Origin: Selaginella moellendorffii
Lineage: Eukaryota; Plantae; Lycopodiophyta
Direction of reading: 5' to 3'
DNA: 64,000 bases
Assembly: GCF_000143415.4 (NCBI RefSeq)
Contig: NW_003314408.1
Coordinates: 110,934-174,933 of the forward strand
A program made the position numbers and the translations under genes. Below the pieces are notes generated by a model. It had not been told where the DNA came from. It ran no database searches and saw only the letters and a program-made list of their open reading frames with translations. Shown piece by piece: positions 22,495-34,323 of this stretch. Within the stretch, counting starts at the first letter, position 1; every line of letters begins with the position of its first letter.

Positions 22495-24499
22495 ATGGCG
22501 TCTCTGGGATTGGCGGGAGCGCCCGCCGCGGCGGAGTGTACGTATGGAGGGCGCAATGCGCAGTGGCTCTCGCAGGAGCTCCCTCGTCTTCTCTCAATGC
22601 AGGTATGGATCGATCTGTCACACGTATTGTTTTGTGATTTCTCTCGCAGAGAAATCTTCCTGGCAATGGTCTTGTTCTTAGCCGTGGATCGTGGTCTTGG
22701 GATTGTCACGAGGCTTGCCACTATCAGTTTCGAGGGGTTATGAGGTCACTGGCTAGCATTTTTCTCTCTTGGTTTGTATTGTTTTGGTTTATTTCCTCGA
22801 AGGTTTTCTAACATGACGAGACGCCATGAGCTCTTCATTGCCGAGACCCAAGGGAAGCTCCAGCTCCTCTCGCGAGGCTCAGTCGAGTCGATCAAAACGA
22901 AGCTCAAGGTTCGCATTGTTTTGATAAATCTCAACTTCTATTCTGTAGCTTTTCATGGCAGATTCTTTCCAGACATCCAGGAAACAAGCCAGAGGCAAGG
23001 AACGATCGCTACTGGCCTGCTTACATTACTAGAGCTGGAGAAAGCACGTCGATAGAGGTGTGTGTGTGTAACGTTTTTCGTGATTTCTCTCAGGTACTGA
23101 ATTCGTTCATGAATAAATAGGTGGTGGTCGATGTCGAATCGCACAGTCCTTTGCTCCTCTCGGATTTGCAGGCACGTACCTTTGACGTTCATTGTTGTAA
23201 GCTGATGAAACAATATGCAGGCTGTTTGCGTCGAGATGGAGTATGTTTGTTATGGTCCTCATGGACGGACAAATCATTCTCAACACGTCGTTCTTCCAAC
23301 GCACTACCCCGATTCGCCTTCCAAGGCTTCGTAAGCAAGCTCCGAGTCTCATCACAGTTTTCTAATCTACTTTTGCTTTTAAGGGAGGCGTTGAAGATAC
23401 AGCCGATCTACACACATCTTCTGTGCCATCTAGATGATCCTCTGGAGGTTCTTAAAAGGTGAGATACCTTTGACATGGTTAGTTTTTCTTTTCTTTTTTT
23501 CCCCCTGATCATGTACGCTGCAAAAGAAAAGATACGCGCTTCCATACGTCAAGCCGGGCGATGTCATTGCCATAGGAGAGACGCCACTTGCCATAATGCA
23601 AGGTAACTGTATGGAAAATAACGAGCTGACATCCTTTCAGGGCGTTACCGTCATCCTACAAGCTTGCAACCAGGCCTTCTTGCAAAGCTGGTGTGTCGTC
23701 TCTTCCATCCAACATCGTCCCTCGCTACCGCATGTGGTATGCAGGTAAATAAGCTTTCCTTTCCTAGTACATTACGCTTATTTCGGATAATCATAGGCTT
23801 TGATTGACATATCTGGGAAGCTCAGGATTGTCTTTGCGGTCGTCATTGCAGTTATTGCAAGGTAAGCAAAAATCGAATCATTCTTGACGATATTACGCGT
23901 TGCAGAACATTCGTAGACTATTTGGGCAGCGAGGCATGTTCTACCGACTAGCCGGGCCACAGGTACGACTCTGTGATTTTCATGCATGTTACTTCAGATT
24001 TTATTTTGCAGGCTAGGCTGATCGATGATGTTACCGGAACTCTCCCACCTTACGATCAATTCATAACACTTGGGCCGGTACAGTTTTTGCGAGATATTTT
24101 CTTCTCAAGATTTCTTCTTTGACCCTGTTTTCCTGAAGGTTCACACTAAAGCCACCGTGGATGCTCTCAAAGCTAAAACAGGTAATCGTGTGAGATGGAT
24201 TGTCTAGCATTGTCTAGCTTACCTTCGCAGGATGTGAAGTGGCTGTCGTGGACGTGAACGATTTGAAGAAAGTCCAAATACTAGCCGTATGTAAATGGAT
24301 GCTTGGCTTTGTTTTGGAGACCGACCCAACCTCATCGTGTGTAGGCATCCGACGGTGTGGACCACGACACATTATCGCAAGCTTTGATCAACAATCCTGC
24401 TGGTGAGCTGAAAGATGGTTGCTCTTCGTTCACTGACTAATTGAAACGTTTGCAGGGAATTCGGATGAGCAGACACCCATTGTGATTGTCAGAGCATAA
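22495..24499 (+). CDS. Cyanobacterial-type coenzyme F420-0:gamma-glutamyl ligase (CofE)-like protein, about 16 short exons
   Basis: Manual splicing gives [15 protein letters not shown]...[23 protein letters not shown]...[39 protein letters not shown]...[13 protein letters not shown]...HVVLP...[138 protein letters not shown]...[23 protein letters not shown]...[21 protein letters not shown] (TAA 24497-24499). The C-terminal exons join in frame at GT/GC-AG junctions; a few N-terminal junctions are less certain. Confidence 0.85.
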
Positions 24500-24611
24500 A
24501 ACGCCGAAACACCGAACACCGGAAACAAGTATAGAACAACGATCAGATTCTTTGTAAGGAGCAAAGACTGAACTTTGGCTCGCATATCATCCGGGCTGCT
24601 GCGGATTCTCC

Positions 24612-26010
24612 GTGAACAAAGGTTCTAAAACGAAAGCCCTTTTTAGTAGAATGGTGCGCTGCGGCGACGATGTTCTCGCCTTGAGCTTCCACGGTTCGGC
24701 CATGGAAATGTTCGATCGAGTCGAAGCAAGGTTTGGCCAAAGGAAAGATCCGCACCTGGTCGACGTGAATGGAATTATCTATACGAGCACTCCCTGAGGG
24801 CGATTACAGTTACGCGCTCCCCCCAGGTTTGTACATCTAGATTACTTACTCCCTCCTGAGCCATGCCCTCTTTTCTGTTCAGATGTGTTACGTGATCCGC
24901 AATTTGGCAAACTGGGGCGGCTTTCAAAACAGGATTATGGCCTCGTCAAGGAGGAGCAGTCAGGAAACAATCCCGAGGTTCTCAACTTCCGGCCCGCATT
25001 GGCTGCGCCTCCGTTGCCTTTACAGCTTGTTCCCGTGTTTGGAACCTTTCTGGACAGTGTAAGCACGGTCGCTGCATCCGCGTTATGATGATGACGAGTT
25101 CGAAATGACTAGTGCGCTGCGGAGGTAGTGGAAGGAGTACCTTGGGCTGCATTTGGAAGATGAGTGAAGAGAACAAGCATAGACTTGGGTATTCGGGAAG
25201 AGCGAGGCTCTTCTGGTACTCACAAAACTGCAGCGGGGCATGTCACTGGCGAAGACGGAGCCGCAGTCACACCCATTACTCAATTACAAGCTCTACTATA
25301 GCACTTGCCGGGAGGAGAGCCTGATACATGCTTCCCGGTACTCATCCTCGAGCGTGTTGGACAGCTGCTTCAGGTTGGTGCTGCTGTAGCTCTGCAAGGC
25401 CACCAGCCACTGGCATTGCTCCTTCCCGCAGCGATTCATAGTCATGATCAGGGTGCACGGTGCTGTTGTTTGTGTGGCGGTGAAGCAGACGGCTCTCGGG
25501 CTGCGGGAGTATTACCAGCGCTTTATGAATTCTGGGACGACAGTGGAACAAATGCACCCAGATAAGCGAGTCTATCTTGTCAAGCAATGCGAGGACTGCA
25601 GTGTTCAGCTGTACGGATATGCAGTCCACAAAGCGTGGGTGGGTCGACGCGGGCTACGCACCCCCGATATATGGTGAACCTCGAGAGGTGCCGCGTGGCT
25701 GGCTAGCGGTGGTAATGGGGCACCTGGATGCTGAGGAATGCTGCCAGCTTCTTTACTGCCACAGCGATGCGGAAAATCTCCGGGGCAAGGTGGTGGAGTG
25801 TCTAAAGGCTGCTCACCAGGTGAAAGTTGTTGAGACAAGCAGCGGGGAGGCTACGTGTGGCGTGCATGGCGACATGCGTGACAACAATGTTGTGGAAAGG
25901 TGGAGGTGAAGTTCATTGACTGAGGAAGGATTGCCAAGGGCACTGTATCCAGCGTTTATAAAACAACAAGATCAACTGGGCAGACGGAGTTGGAGCCAAC
26001 AGGCCACCTC
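24612..26010 (+). pseudogene. Degenerate protein-kinase-like (APH/fungal-type PKL) gene with frameshifts and stops
   Basis: Fragments in different frames: VLILERVGQLLQVGAAV, LGLREYY, YGYAVHKAW..., YAPPIYG...PRGWLAVVMGHL, AAHQ...GVHGDMRDNNVV (HGD catalytic loop) and VKFID* (truncated DFD-type motif). Confidence 0.6.
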
Positions 26011-26287
26011 TTGTGATGCAGGCAAGGCGATTCTTCCATTCTTTCCGTAAGTCTCGATGAGCTTGTTGGAGTCCAAGGTATCGATGGCCGTACGGGAAGG
26101 TCCATTACAGTCCTCGTACGGAGCCGACCTTTGCGCGTAGGTGACGTGAACGAGTATTTCATATTAGCACGACATGCAAACGAATAGATGCGAATATGTG
26201 CCGCCTGTTGACTTATATAAAGTTCCATCGCAGGCGCGCTGCGAAGGCCCGCGGGCGTGGATGGCGATCAATGCTCTCGCCTCAGGT

Positions 26288-28147
26288 ATGGCACATTCTC
26301 TAGCGCCGATCAGTGCGGCATTGCAGCGATCGATTCTTGAGCTATGCTTTGCAGGGCTGCCGCTGCTGCTTCTCACGCTCATCCTCCAGCTCCAGCTCCA
26401 ATGCGGCTCTTCGGGAATCACAAGCCCTTACCGGCGGAGGCTCCAAGCCTCGGAGGATTTGCCCGTCGACAGCGAGTTTCTGCGACCTCCTGATCTAGCA
26501 GGCTGTGGAAATGCGCCAGAACAGGTTTTCTTTGCGATAACTCCTCGGTTTGATTAGAACTTTGTGTTCCAGGTCCACATAACGCAAGGGAGTGTTACTG
26601 CGGATTCCATGATCGTTTCCTGGGTTACTCCGTCACAACCTGGATCGTTGGCTGTAAGTTTTGGAAACGAGACAGCAAAGTACTCGAGGACGGCGACTGG
26701 AAACATCACAACATATAAATACGCGAACTACACATCTGGCTACATCCACCATGTGAAGCTCACTAATCTCGAGGTGTGTTTGATATGATCTACAGTTTTC
26801 TGGCCGACTCACTGTTGTGTCCTTGTTTTTGGTTCTTGCTTCCTTGTCCAAAGTATGCTACGAAGTATTACTACAGACTCGGCGATGGAGAATGCGCTCG
26901 ACAATTCTGGTTCGTCACTGCACCGAAATCTGGCCCCGACGTTGCGTACACATTTGGCGTCATAGGTTTGTGTCTATTATATCCTTTCGAAACCGACAAT
27001 TGCTTCTGTCGCAGGAGATCTCGGACAGACGTATGACTCCCTCAACACCTTTCAGCACTACTTAAACAGCAGCGGACAGACTCTTCTTTACGTCGGAGAC
27101 CTCTCATACGCCGATCATTATCCCTTGGACGACAATAATCGTTGGGACACTTGGGGTCGATTGGTGGAGCCGAGCACCGCGTATCAACCTTGGATCTGGA
27201 CGGCGGGAAACCACGAGCTAGACTACCGTCCAGCAATCGTAAGCTAGTGCGCATTCTAGACTCTACCAGGTTATATAGCTTACAAGTTTCCGGCGGTGCT
27301 AACTTCTTCCAGAGCGAGGTGATACCATTCAAGCCGTATCTTCATCGCTATCAAACACCCCATCGTTCATCAAAGAGTACATCGCAGCTCTGGTATTCGA
27401 TCAACAGGGCGTCAGCGCACATCATCGTGCTGTCTTCATACTCCGCATATGGTTTGCGAATGGCTTGCTAACTAATGTTTCTTATAAGCAACGGTCGTGC
27501 AGGGAAATATACCCCGCAGTGGGCATGGCTGCAGAATGACCTCCAGAATATAAACAGGAAGGAAACCCCGTGGGTGATTGTTTTGATGCATTCCCCGTGG
27601 TACAACAGTAACACCCATCACTACATGGAGGGCGAAACGATGCGTGTGCAATTCGAAGCATGGTTTGTGCAATACAGAGTCGACATTGTGTTTGCCGGGC
27701 ACGTTCATGCATACGAACGGAGTGTAAGTTTTGTTCTCTCTTTTCTTCCTTTTGCTAGCTTTCTTTTCTTAATGCTTTTGTGACCACAGCACCGCGTCTC
27801 TAATATCGAGTACAACGTTGTCAACGGCCAATGCTCTCCATCCCGCAACGAGTCTGCGCCTGTCTACATAACAGTCGGCGATGGAGGAAACATAGAAGGG
27901 CTCGCTGGAAAGTAGGTGGTTTTTTCTTAGTCTTCTCTTTCCGGCCCTGTGAGATTTATACGGACATTTTCCCAGCTTCATGCAACCGCAGCCAAACTAC
28001 TCGGCATATCGCGAGGCGAGTTTTGGTCACGCAATGCTCGAGATCAAAAACAGGACGCATGCTTTCTACTATTGGCACCGTAACCAGGACGGAGAGGCTG
28101 TAAAAAGCGATTCGACTTGGCTCACAAACAGGTACTTTGAATTTTGA
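26288..28147 (+). CDS. Secreted purple acid phosphatase (PAP10/PAP26-type, multi-exon)
   Basis: Signal peptide; NAPEQVHITQG. Metal-binding motifs GDLG, GDLSYAD, GNHE, VLMH and [26 protein letters not shown], ending WLTNRYFEF* (28145-28147). Confidence 0.95.
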
Positions 28148-29490
28148 AGCTTCATCCAAAGAAAAACTGCATTGTTGCATGTAAGTGTAAAGCCTGGATA
28201 GTAGGACAAAAATTAGAGAAACAAATGTTCAGTTTCGCCCACGTGTGATTACAGGCATAATCATGTGAAAGAAGAGCGGTCTTTGCCAAGAAGAAGGCTG
28301 CCACTTTGAAGAAAGGAGAGGGACTTTTTTGTTCGTTCAAGAGAACTGCAACTCTTTTTTCCAGAAATTTCCTATTACTAACTCTCAGAGTGAGGTTATT
28401 GAGGGATTCCATGCAAGCAAAAGATCTCTTTGGACACCAACTGAATTACTTCCCGGTTTTGCAGCTTGTCTTCAAACACCAGTTCTTTGTTTCAGATACA
28501 TTTAAAATTACATCGAACATCCTCCCATTAACCTCCCAAATGGAGGGAGACCAAGACCATCCGCTCTTCTTCCTAATTCCTAATAGCACGCCAAAAAAAG
28601 ATTGCAATAACTTCATCATATTGGTTCTGCTTAAGTTTCAGAGTTTGTAGACCGAGTTTGAAGGCAATTTCCTCCAATACTTATGAGAAACTAAAAATAT
28701 GAAAGTGTATGGGCAACTTACAATTTCACTTAGCAATTGATATTTGGCAATCCAAGTGACAGCAATGTAGGTCACAGGAATTCTAACCTCCCACGTGGAG
28801 GGAGTCGCCCAATTGTCACCCCTCAAATTGGCATTTTATGAAATAAATCATCATTAAATAAAGCATTTAATCTCTGCCTGGAATTTTTGTTTACCTTGTG
28901 CTTCAGTGTTTTTAGAGGGACTCACCACACACCTGGCCACATGGCAGAATATCACTAGTGACATAAGCCAATAAGGCTAAGTTCAGTGATAGATAAAGAG
29001 ATCTATAGACCAAGATTTTTGGAAAGGAGTATCCTACTACATGTCAAAAGGGAGCTCAACTCTTGGAAGGCTAGAAGACAGTTCTTGGGAGGAAATCCAA
29101 GTAGTGCACTTAAATAGAAATCAATGAGGAAAAATGAGATAAAGAATAGGATTTCAGTCAACCTTCAATGGACCTATAAGAGGTGCTACAACACCATCAT
29201 TAACAACAACCACATTAAAAACTAGGCAATCAGGAAGTTAAGGGCCTCCAAAGCTTTCTAGGAGCCACCAAACATGCCTCAAATGACCACAAAGGGGAAA
29301 AATTCTAGAATTAAGGATTGGCATCCTAATAAGAGGAGTTGCCATATGATGATTTCACATCTTTCAATATAAGGCTGGAGTGAATCACACAAGAAGAGGG
29401 TTTGGATTTTAGTTTTCTTTTAGTAAATGAGGTCGAGGACAAGGCAACTTCATACCACAATGAAAAGTTCCTTAAAGTGGAAATGATAAT

Positions 29491-29569
29491 GGGAGGATTT
29501 TAGGTAAAGTTGGATGGGATATGGATTTGGAGGAAGATACCTATAGACCTTTGTAATCTAGTAGCCCCT
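29491..29569 (+). repeat. Dispersed repeat, copy 1 (copy 2 at 61165-61239)
   Basis: ggaggattttaggtaaag(t/c)tggatggga(t/g)atgg ... agacctttgtaatctag(t/c)agcccct occurs at both sites. Confidence 0.85.
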
Positions 29570-30894
29570 ATTCCATCCAAATCCTGAGTATTTTTATGCA
29601 CAAGCAAGCTGTTGACTAGAGCCATTTCTTGTCCAGTGCCTAAGTGCTCATTTGAGATTTTACAAAGGAATGCCAACCAGAAAATAGTTCATATGGTGCT
29701 TTGGTCTTACCATTATATTGTAGCTTGTCACTTTTGTCAACTTGGGCAGCTTTGCATTGAGAAAGGTTAAGTAATTTACACAATTTGATTGCATCATTAG
29801 ATATGGGTGGTAAATTAAGATGTAGAGAAGACAATACATAATACTTATTACAAATCCTATGAATTCTTTGTTATGCCATTTAGTCTATATAATGCCTTGG
29901 CTACATGATGGATAAAATATTTAGAGAGCGATTAATTTTTCTATTTTACTTTATCACATTTTTTACCTCTCACTCAAATTCTATTCCCGACTTGGGGACT
30001 TGTTAGCTCCGTGAATGGCCTCTATGCCCTTTTAACTTTGCACTTGGTCCAAGTGCTCTATATATCCAATACCACTATAGATACACAAAGGTACTATTGA
30101 CATATTTGCCCATTATGCTAAGGCAATGTTCATTCACGTTTGCCTCATTAGTAGTTTAGTGCCATAGTTCTATCTTTCAAAGATTGGGCCATCTGTTTGT
30201 GAGTGGTCTTCCCAAGACCACACATTAGCATCTTTAGAATGATTGAAGACATGGGGAATAACCTTCCCTAATATCCTTTTTTTAGTCCTCACCAAATCCC
30301 TCTCCGTCCATGATTGTCATTACCATTTGATCAAGGCATAAAGGCTCGACCACTACACCACATGACCATATCATTGGTCACTATACAAAAGGATTGTTTT
30401 TCTTCCTTTCCACAATCCAGGGCTTTAAGACGATATTTTATAACACTGTAACTTTATGTGAGCCTCGTGAGTACTCTTCCCACCTTTCACCTTTGGGTGC
30501 CCTAGCCATGTGGTTAGAGTGAAGTTCCAATGAACCACACTAGGTATCTAAGTAGGTAATGCTACCCACACTTAGATTGGAAGCATTTACCATTTAATTT
30601 CTCAGAAGAGCTAAAATTAATTTTTAAACACTTCACTAAATTATTCCATTTATTCGTCCATGTTCACTCTAGCCTTGGATTTCTCAATAGTTATATCATC
30701 ACCCACCACATGGGTATAACTTTCCTTAATCACACTAGCCTTTCCTCACAAAATTAGTTTCACTGGAGTCCTCCCCCTACTATCCTTTTAAAGCTCATCA
30801 AACCCCTTAGGGTCTAGGAGACAATCGCTTTGGGCTTTCACCTTCGGACTCGGACTTGGTTTTGGTTGCGATCCCAATCCTAGTCTCGGTCCCC

Positions 30895-31172
30895 ATTTCG
30901 AACTCCATCTCGGACTTCTTCTTGGACTCCATCTTGGATTTCATCTTGGACTCCATCTCAAACTCCATCTTATACTCCATCTCGAATTCCTTTTTAGACT
31001 CTTTCTCAACTCCATCTCAAACTCTATCTCAGACTTTTTATTAGACTCCATCTCGGATTCCATCTTAGACTCCTTAAATTCCATCTCAAATTCCATCTCA
31101 GACTCCTTCTCAGACTCCTTCTTAGACTCCATCTTGGACTCCATCTTAGCCTCTTTCTCAGACTCCTTCTCG
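30895..31172. repeat. Degenerate 12-bp minisatellite (gactccatctca-like)
   Basis: About 23 units such as aactccatctcg, gactccatcttg and gactccttctca. Reads as MESE/KESE repeats on the - strand. Confidence 0.9.
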
Positions 31173-31269
31173 AAGTTAGTCCTAACACTTTCTCATATCA
31201 CGACACTTGCCATGTGCTAGTCCCTTTTGTGTCCTTTTCCATAGACTTGTTCACTCTACTTTGGGGCAT

Positions 31270-33560
31270 AGAGATTTGTGTCTCACAATTATTTAGATAT
31301 ATTTGTTGTCCTATATATTGATAATGTTTTAATCTTCAATGAAATATTGGAGGAAACACTTAAGGTAGTATTTCAGAAGTTATTAAAAAAACAAACTATA
31401 TACTAAGAAGAATAAATGTGCATTTGGTAAATTGTATATAATTGGTATTGGTGTAATTGAGGTGGATCTAAAAAAGGTGGAAGAGATGAAGTCTTGGGAA
31501 GTCCTGACCACTATATCAAATGTTTGTTCTCTCAATTTGGCAAGATACTATCAAAAGTTTATTTGCAATTTTTGCAAGTATTGTTTTTCTGTTGATTAAG
31601 TTAATAAAGGGTAGTATAACGTTTTATTAGACATCAGCTTATTAGCGTGCTTTTGTACAATTGAAGGAGATCTTGACCATGGTTCATATTCTCATGATCC
31701 CAGATCTTGATTAACCCTTTGAAGTGCATTGTGATGCATTTGACTATGCTATAGATGCCATGTTATAGCAAGATTGTGACAATGCAATTAGTATTACACT
31801 AAAGTGATGTGATTATCCTATTATATTTTACTTTAAAAAATTGGATGAAACTCAATGAAAATGGCTTATGCATGAGAAAAAAATGCTTATTGTAGTGTTG
31901 GCATTGGAACATTGAAGACACTATTTGGATGGATATACTAAATTTTATAGGGATAGTAACACATTGAGCTACTTTGCAACTCAAACAATACTTATGTAAA
32001 AGTAAGTTTGTTGGCAAGAGAAGCTCATTAAATTTGATATTGAAATCATCTATAAACCTGATAAAGATAATATTATTCAGTCATTAGGCTCAATTTCGGG
32101 CAATATTAACAATTAGTTTAGACTAATTGGAGGATGTTCAAATTTCATATGGAAGTGATCTATTGGCAAAAGTGATATTGCACTATGTGGAATTGTTGAA
32201 GCAAAACCTAAATAGTGATATAACAAATGCTATTAATCATACTAACACAAAGCTTTACTTCTCAATTAAGGATGAGCTTATATATTATAGGCAAGAAAGA
32301 TTGTATCTTGAGATTGTTATTTCTAAAGGACATCATAATGTTCCAACAGGGGGATATAGCAATAAATAAAAGACTCTTGCTTCATTGAAAAAAGGATTTT
32401 TTAGTCTAGTATAAAAGATGATATAGCAGATTATGTTCATTATTGCTTTAATTATCAACAGTATAAATGAAGAATTAAGAAATAGGTTGGGAAGTTGTAA
32501 TGTATTCTAGCACTAATATGGTCATTTCAGAGTGTGACACTTGACTTTGTCACTTGCTTGTTAAAGTTTAAAGGTTATGACATTTCGATGGTGGTTATGG
32601 ATCGATTGTTAAAGATTGCACACTTCATTCTAACTATAGAAACAATAAATACAAAGCAAACAACCAAACTTTTTTTCCATGAAGTAGTATTGGTTTGTGG
32701 TTTTCTTAAAGAAATGATCTTAGATAGAGATTCAAGATTTAAGGGAAAGTTTTGGGGCACATTATTCTAATTGTTCAATACCAAGCTGAAATTTAATACA
32801 GTTTATCATCCTCAAATGGATGGGTAAACCAAACATGTAAATACTTAGCTTGAGAATTATTTGTGGTACTCTATTGTGATGAACCAATATGATTGGGTTA
32901 AGCATTTGGACACAATAGAAATATGTTATAACAACATATTTCACAACACTATTGGTTATTTTCCATGAGAGATATTGCAAGGGAATGTTCGTGGGGTTCG
33001 TCAACAGATTATTGTATCAAAACTAATGTCCAAAATGTTGGTCCTAGCCATTGAAACTTATGTAGAGTAGTTATACTAAGGCAACTAAGGTGATAGGTAA
33101 AGCTTATGATAGGTATTGACATAATAAAGATTAGTACTATCATATGGGAAACTAAGTTTGGTTATCCTCGTAAAACTTGAATGCTAAGGGATCTTTGTCC
33201 CAAAAGTTATTACCAAAATATATTGGTCTCTATTGGGTGTTAAAGTAGGTTAGTGATATATTCTATCAATTGGATCTTCCTTCAATATTCTTAATGTATT
33301 TCATGTTAATTTATTAGTCTTGTACACTATGGATGTTGCATGCCAAGGGGAGATTTGTCTGCAGTCAAATGTATGAAGTTGAAAGCATTTTGTCATGTTG
33401 TCAAAAATTTAGTGGTCACACCAAAGAATATTTAGTTAAATGGAAAGTTTACCCATCTTGTGAATTAATATAGGAACCTCTTAATAATTTTACACATGTC
33501 CGTAAGCTTGTCATAGAGTATGAGAATTGTACTAAAAAATAACATTTATAACAAATCAAT
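31270..33560 (+). mobile_element. Decayed Ty3/Gypsy chromovirus pol (RT-RNaseH-integrase-chromodomain)
   Basis: RT FVVLYIDNVLIF. RNase H PFEVHCDAFDYAID. Integrase SVTLDFVTCL...VVMDRLLKIAHF, DRDSRFKGKFW and YHPQMDG. Chromodomain YEVESILS...EYLVKWK. Many stops and frameshifts. Confidence 0.9.
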
Positions 33561-33713
33561 AAAGTAATACACTTTAATCCAAAGTTTTTTTTGTTTATTA
33601 GTTTTAGGTCAGTTTTGGTAGGTTGACTTTGGCACATGGGTTCAATTCACAACCATGAGGATAATTATTATAGATTGATCACAAGCCCCTACCTCTCTTT
33701 CGTTGACCCATTT

Positions 33714-34200
33714 TTGAAAAAGGGGCATAGTCATATCTACTAATTTATCATAGTTATTTAAATCTTCCCAATGGGGTTAATTTATTCTCAGGGGAGTTGG
33801 GTCTCTAACTCTCTCTTTATATCCCTGTAAATAGGGCTGTATCATTCTTTTGTATACCAAATATACCCTAAGTAGCAAAGGTGGATAATTTTGTTAGTCA
33901 TTTCTTTATCAATGATGATTGGAGAGTGTTTGAGTTTTAGCGTCTTTGGATAGAGAAAATGTACTTTTCCCACTCATTTAAGTCGGTGTATTTCTCACAA
34001 AGTGTACTTTCTATTAACTTTTGAAATTGTTTCCTTAACTGTTGGTTATATTATTGATCTTCCCTAAAGGGGAAGAGTGTCTTAAATATAACTTCAAGTA
34101 TCAAAAGATATTTATCGGTTAGTCTTTATGGACACTCTCTTCTTACTCCCATAATTGCGGGAGATTAATACTCCTTTATGTTTCCCTTTATAATCTCTAC
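33714..34200 (+). mobile_element. Possible polypurine tract and degenerate 3' LTR of the Gypsy element
   Basis: ttgaaaaaggggcatag lies downstream of the chromodomain and is followed by AT-rich LTR-like sequence. No matching 5' LTR was seen. Confidence 0.4.
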
Positions 34201-34246
34201 CTAAGCTAGTTGAAAAAAAAACCAAAAAAATAAATGACCATAAAGA

Positions 34247-34323
34247 CAGACTTTCTAAATATTATTAGTCAAGCATACTTAATTAGGCAGACTTTCTAAA
34301 TATTATTAGTCAAGCATACTTAA
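34247..34323. repeat. 36-bp direct tandem duplication (period 41)
   Basis: cagactttctaaatattattagtcaagcatacttaa at 34247 and 34288. Confidence 0.9.

Larger units (their letters stand above)
28200..31260. mobile_element. AT-rich decayed repeat/TE block, unclassified, possibly with gag-like remnants on the - strand
   Basis: Abrupt drop in GC and CpG, no intact ORFs, and a sequence shared with 61165-61239. Lies next to the Gypsy pol remnant. Confidence 0.45.

Noticed and set aside
30856-31144. Small ORFs (MESK/SISD repeats)
   Set aside because: Open only because of the 12-bp minisatellite.
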